Source: an uncultured virus (IMG/VR IMGVR_UViG_3300037087_000757) (taxonomy: Duplodnaviria; Heunggongvirae; Uroviricota; Caudoviricetes). Taken from it: a DNA stretch of 64,000 nucleotides. The notes under the pieces are model-generated. The model saw nothing but the letters and a program-made list of their open reading frames with translations. It was not told the DNA's origin and did not search any database. This document shows positions 60,409 to 64,000 of the stretch, one piece after another. Every line of letters begins with the position of its first letter. The first letter of the stretch is position 1. Both the position numbers and the translations under genes were made by a program. Location of the stretch: the IMG/VR virus record IMGVR_UViG_3300037087_000757; one strand, given 5' to 3'.

Positions 60409-61111
60409 TCAAAAAATAGATATGAATTTACTTGATAAAAATTTATGGGAATATGAAGTCGATTGGGGTACTCATGTAAATTTACCGACTGTAAATAACT
60501 CTCTCGATAATATACATTGGAACTCTGATGGTTCAGTATCATTTGATGTTCAATATTCAGACACACCAATATTTCCCGGTTGGGAACGAGACGCCAACTG
60601 GAACAAAGTACCAACCTTAACCAACTATTCAGCTGGCCTTATCATAAGTAAAGAAAAATATGGGTTTGGTACTTATGAAATGAATTTTAAAGTTCCCAAT
60701 TTCAGAGGATCTTGGCCAGCTTGGTGGATGTTTGATAAAAACAAATTACCACCTGAAATTGATATTTTTGAACATTTTAGAAAAGATTGTTTCTTAACCA
60801 GATTTCATCTTACTACATCTTATCACGATGGTCCAACATATGAAACAGGAAAAAGTGATTCTAAAGCTAGATATAATTGGTTGCCAATAGATTGGAAATA
60901 CATTACAATCAAAATGATTTGGACAGTGGATAAAGCAGAATTCTATTACAATAATAAAAAGTATTATACTATGAATAAGAGTGATTGGCCTTATTATCCG
61001 ACTACTCCAATGAATATATTAGTAAATTCGGGTGTGAATCCAGATTGGAAATTACAAGTTAAAAAGATTAGTCCGTTTATTGTGAAATCCTTGACTTATG
61101 AATCACTTTAA
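60383..61111 (+). CDS. Glycoside hydrolase family 16
   Basis: YGFGTYE, GSWPAWW, EIDIFE (ExDxxE catalytic motif), PMNILVN. Confidence 0.85.
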   Translation: MIMGYLKNNQKIDMNLLDKNLWEYEVDWGTHVNLPTVNNSLDNIHWNSDGSVSFDVQYSDTPIFPGWERDANWNKVPTLTNYSAGLIISKEKYGFGTYEMNFKVPNFRGSWPAWWMFDKNKLPPEIDIFEHFRKDCFLTRFHLTTSYHDGPTYETGKSDSKARYNWLPIDWKYITIKMIWTVDKAEFYYNNKKYYTMNKSDWPYYPTTPMNILVNSGVNPDWKLQVKKISPFIVKSLTYESL

Positions 61112-61492
61112 AAGTCTGATTAGGTCATTCATTAATATTGTCATCAACTTAATACCGTTAATTTCAACATTTGGAATGTTTTTAATTATTGAAAATTTAT
61201 CATTACCCTCGATAATTAATTTATTTATATGATCCGTCATCACTGGATTTTTTTGATAATATTTCTTTAATTCCTCAACAAATTCTCTGAGGTTTACTCC
61301 AACCCTATTATTATACTTTATTGTCTGGAGTTCATTGAACTCTTCCTTTTCAATAATAATATACCAAAGTTTTTGTTTAGAAATCTTTATCTTCTCTAAG
61401 AAATTTATAGATTGGGCAGCCTTGGCATTTTTTGGCATTTTTGCTATGTGACCATAAGGATATATATTATTATCTTTTTGTTCTTCAGCCAT
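61103..61492 (-). CDS. Hypothetical protein
   Basis: 129-aa ORF with late-like motif upstream. Confidence 0.55.
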   Translation of the reverse strand: MAEEQKDNNIYPYGHIAKMPKNAKAAQSINFLEKIKISKQKLWYIIIEKEEFNELQTIKYNNRVGVNLREFVEELKKYYQKNPVMTDHINKLIIEGNDKFSIIKNIPNVEINGIKLMTILMNDLIRLLK

Positions 61493-61557
61493 AATTAATA
61501 GGATTTACTTTTGTTTAAGAGTATATATAAGAAAACAAAAGTCCGAAAATTACCAAT

Positions 61558-62073
61558 TTATAATTTATGTAATTTTGCCCAAATATACATTTTTCTTATC
61601 GCTTTGTTATTACCACCGAAATAAGGATAAACTATTTTTTGGATTTTTTTATCTGGTGTCTTATTTTCCATTTCTAATTTGTCTGTTCCGATTTGAAAAA
61701 TATATTTTTCATCTGATATAGTGAAATTAACGGTATATTCTTTTTCCACATCAACTGAACATAAGTATGAACTTATGTGATCTTTTTTACTTGAATCATA
61801 TACATATCCATATATTTTAATTTCTCCACCTTTATCAAAATTAGGCACCCAAGCTAATCTGGCACTATCTTTATGAATACCAAATATTCCAAAACTTAAT
61901 CCGAATAATTTATTTAAATCCTGATCATCATTATTTCTTGGTGGTGTCCACCAACATTCCTGAGATAAATTGAATGTTATATCGAATTTTTTCTTATTAT
62001 AATACCAACCGAAAAGTCTACCAAACAAGAAAAAGGCATAATGCCAATTTTTAAGAATTGTATATTTTTTCAT
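61558..62073 (-). CDS. Hypothetical beta-sandwich protein
   Basis: DLNKLFG, SARLAW, YPYFGG; late motif at 62089-62099. Confidence 0.55.
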   Translation of the reverse strand: MKKYTILKNWHYAFFLFGRLFGWYYNKKKFDITFNLSQECWWTPPRNNDDQDLNKLFGLSFGIFGIHKDSARLAWVPNFDKGGEIKIYGYVYDSSKKDHISSYLCSVDVEKEYTVNFTISDEKYIFQIGTDKLEMENKTPDKKIQKIVYPYFGGNNKAIRKMYIWAKLHKL

Positions 62074-62108
62074 TGTGGATTTTTAATTTATATATAAAAA
62101 CCCACAAA

Positions 62109-63711
62109 TTATTTATCGGAACTGTATTGAGGTAAATTTGATATTATCTTACTATGTTTCTGTATTTTATCAGAATCAATTTTTTCTAACATACATATTC
62201 CAAGTGCAGTATTTTGTAAAATTCTCTTTTTTAATTCAATCTTAAAATGGGGATTATTGGGTTCGATGTCAGTAATTTTACACATCCTCTTAGTGAACAT
62301 TCTCTTCCATTCTTCCAAGTCCCATTGTTGATTATATTCACCCCAAAGATAATTCTGTATCTTTCGAGCCGAAATTACACATTCATATAAATAAATTTCT
62401 TCAGATGAAAATCCCATCAATTTTAGGAAGAACTTTTTCATTAAAATAAATTTGTTAAAGAAAACATTTCTGATACATCCAATACTGATAAATCATTAAC
62501 ATTATTTCCGACATCTTTCATTATTTCCATTATCAATTCCCTATCTCCATCGGATTCTAATTTATGTAATTCGATAACATATTTTTCGTTATTCTTTTCA
62601 AGCTCCGCTTTATATTCTTCAAAGGTCATATCCTCACTTGAGTATTGTTCAAATAATTCCAGATAATTTCCTTTTTTTAAAAGATTTTGTATAGCAATTA
62701 TACAAAGTTCATATTTTCTTTCTTCTTTTTTCATTTCATATAAGGTTTACAAAGATCCCAAATTTTTTCAAATGACTCTCGAGCTTCACCCACTCTAAAT
62801 GCGGCGTGTCTTAAAAGTATAAACAAACGGACACGACCACCTTTACGATCATTCTCAGCGTCGAATTCCAATTTTAAAGCTAAGTGATCAAAAAATTCCA
62901 CCACTTTATCATAAGGCATATCAGCAATATCACTAGCGACTTGTCCTAAGTCCTTTAAGTATTCTGGTACTTTGTGTTTAGAACAATTACTCTTTTTTAT
63001 TTCTTCTTCTATTTTCTCAGAAGAATCATGTACAAATGGATGCTTTTTCATTTCTTTTCAACTAAAATTGTTCGATTCATATTTGTAGCCACAATCCATA
63101 ATCTAATTGTGTTTTTCACATCAAGAAAAGCCGGTTCATAATCTTCATATCCACTATACATTGAACCACTTATTTGTGGTGAATAATATCCTTCTTTCTT
63201 GACACATTGACCTATTATCACACCTTTACCATGTTCTTTATGGAAAATAGCTTTTCTTATACTCGGTAGAAATCTTCTACCTTTTGTAAATGTATCTTCA
63301 ACGGCCACACTTAATTCAAATTCATTATCAGTATATAATTTTTTATCAATTAATGATTTATCCATTATATACACCATTTCGGATAGATATTCATCGAATT
63401 CTATCTCTTGTAGAAAGTTTTCTTTCTTTTTCATATTATTTGAGAATATCGTCTAATTTTTTTAATCTTGATTCATTTATATAATGTTCACTTTTCAATA
63501 GTTCTGTTATTTGCGGTTGCCAATTAAATGATTCGTCATTATAATTTATTCCCATTTCATAACCTTCATATTTTATCTTTTCACACCTTGTACACTTTTT
63601 AACCAATCTTTCTAATTTAACACCCGATAAACCAGATAAATATTTTGCACTTTGAAATCCAACATCTACATATTTATGAAAGTGTATTTTCATGCATGTC
63701 CCTCTCCCCAA
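62109..63711 (-). CDS. Run of five small hypothetical genes (62109-62441, 62441-62734, 62731-63051, 63048-63434, 63436-63711)
   Basis: Abutting or overlapping co-directional ORFs typical of phage early regions. Confidence 0.55.
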
Positions 63712-64000
63712 TTATCATCATATCCAGCGAAAAATCTTCTTACTTTATCTCTTAATAAAACGATTTCAGATTCTTCATTTATATCAATCCCATCTATACA
63801 CATTCTATCTTTATTTATCAAATAGGCTAATTTCTGAAATGATTTTTCAATACCCATAGAATCAAAATGTTTATCTTCTTTTTTATTCCAAACCCTAATT
63901 TCTGGATCTGGTAGACGATATTTATCACCATCTAAATGACCTTTCGAGTGTGATATTGCTTCTGATAATTTAACGAATATACGATTATCAGAAGTGGAAT

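Noticed and set aside
1..64000. TAG or TGA stop-codon reassignment, prompted by the TAG in the TR
   Set aside because: The standard code gives dense, full-length genes, and TAG or TGA end several plausible ORFs (14553, 30444, 32615).
1..64000. tRNA or rRNA genes
   Set aside because: None recognised; intergenic gaps are short and AT-rich. A covariance-model scan would be needed to exclude them.

Overview
AT-rich 64-kb segment of a jumbo myophage genome, with a probable Bacteroidota host (TAnnTTTG-type promoters, lipoproteins, a type IX secretion cargo gene). Left arm: a very long tail sheath gene, DNA methyltransferase, RNA ligase, NAD-dependent DNA ligase and small membrane/lipoprotein genes. 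Centre (16.8-40.1 kb): six minus-strand fibre-like genes with Gly-Thr-Ser triplet stalks, five of which share an MSF(I/R)K N-terminal module. The sixth is the target of a diversity-generating retroelement with VR 32618-32747, hairpin, TR 32397-32526 and RT 31247-32281, and no recognisable avd gene. The array also holds an IS607-like tnpB element that splits one fibre gene at a GG core, an IS200/IS605-type tnpB element, and an apparently exact 434-bp duplication shared by two fibre genes. Right arm: homing endonucleases, a metallophosphoesterase, two multidomain glycosyltransferases (one with an Aah/TibC-like O-heptosyltransferase domain), HAD, SGNH-like, GH16, GNAT, a second methyltransferase and a degenerate PolB-like protein. 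Best candidate for an undescribed system (inference only): Ser/Thr-rich virion fibres O-glycosylated by phage enzymes, with one fibre tip diversified by the DGR. All alignments and counts were done by eye; no database searches were run.
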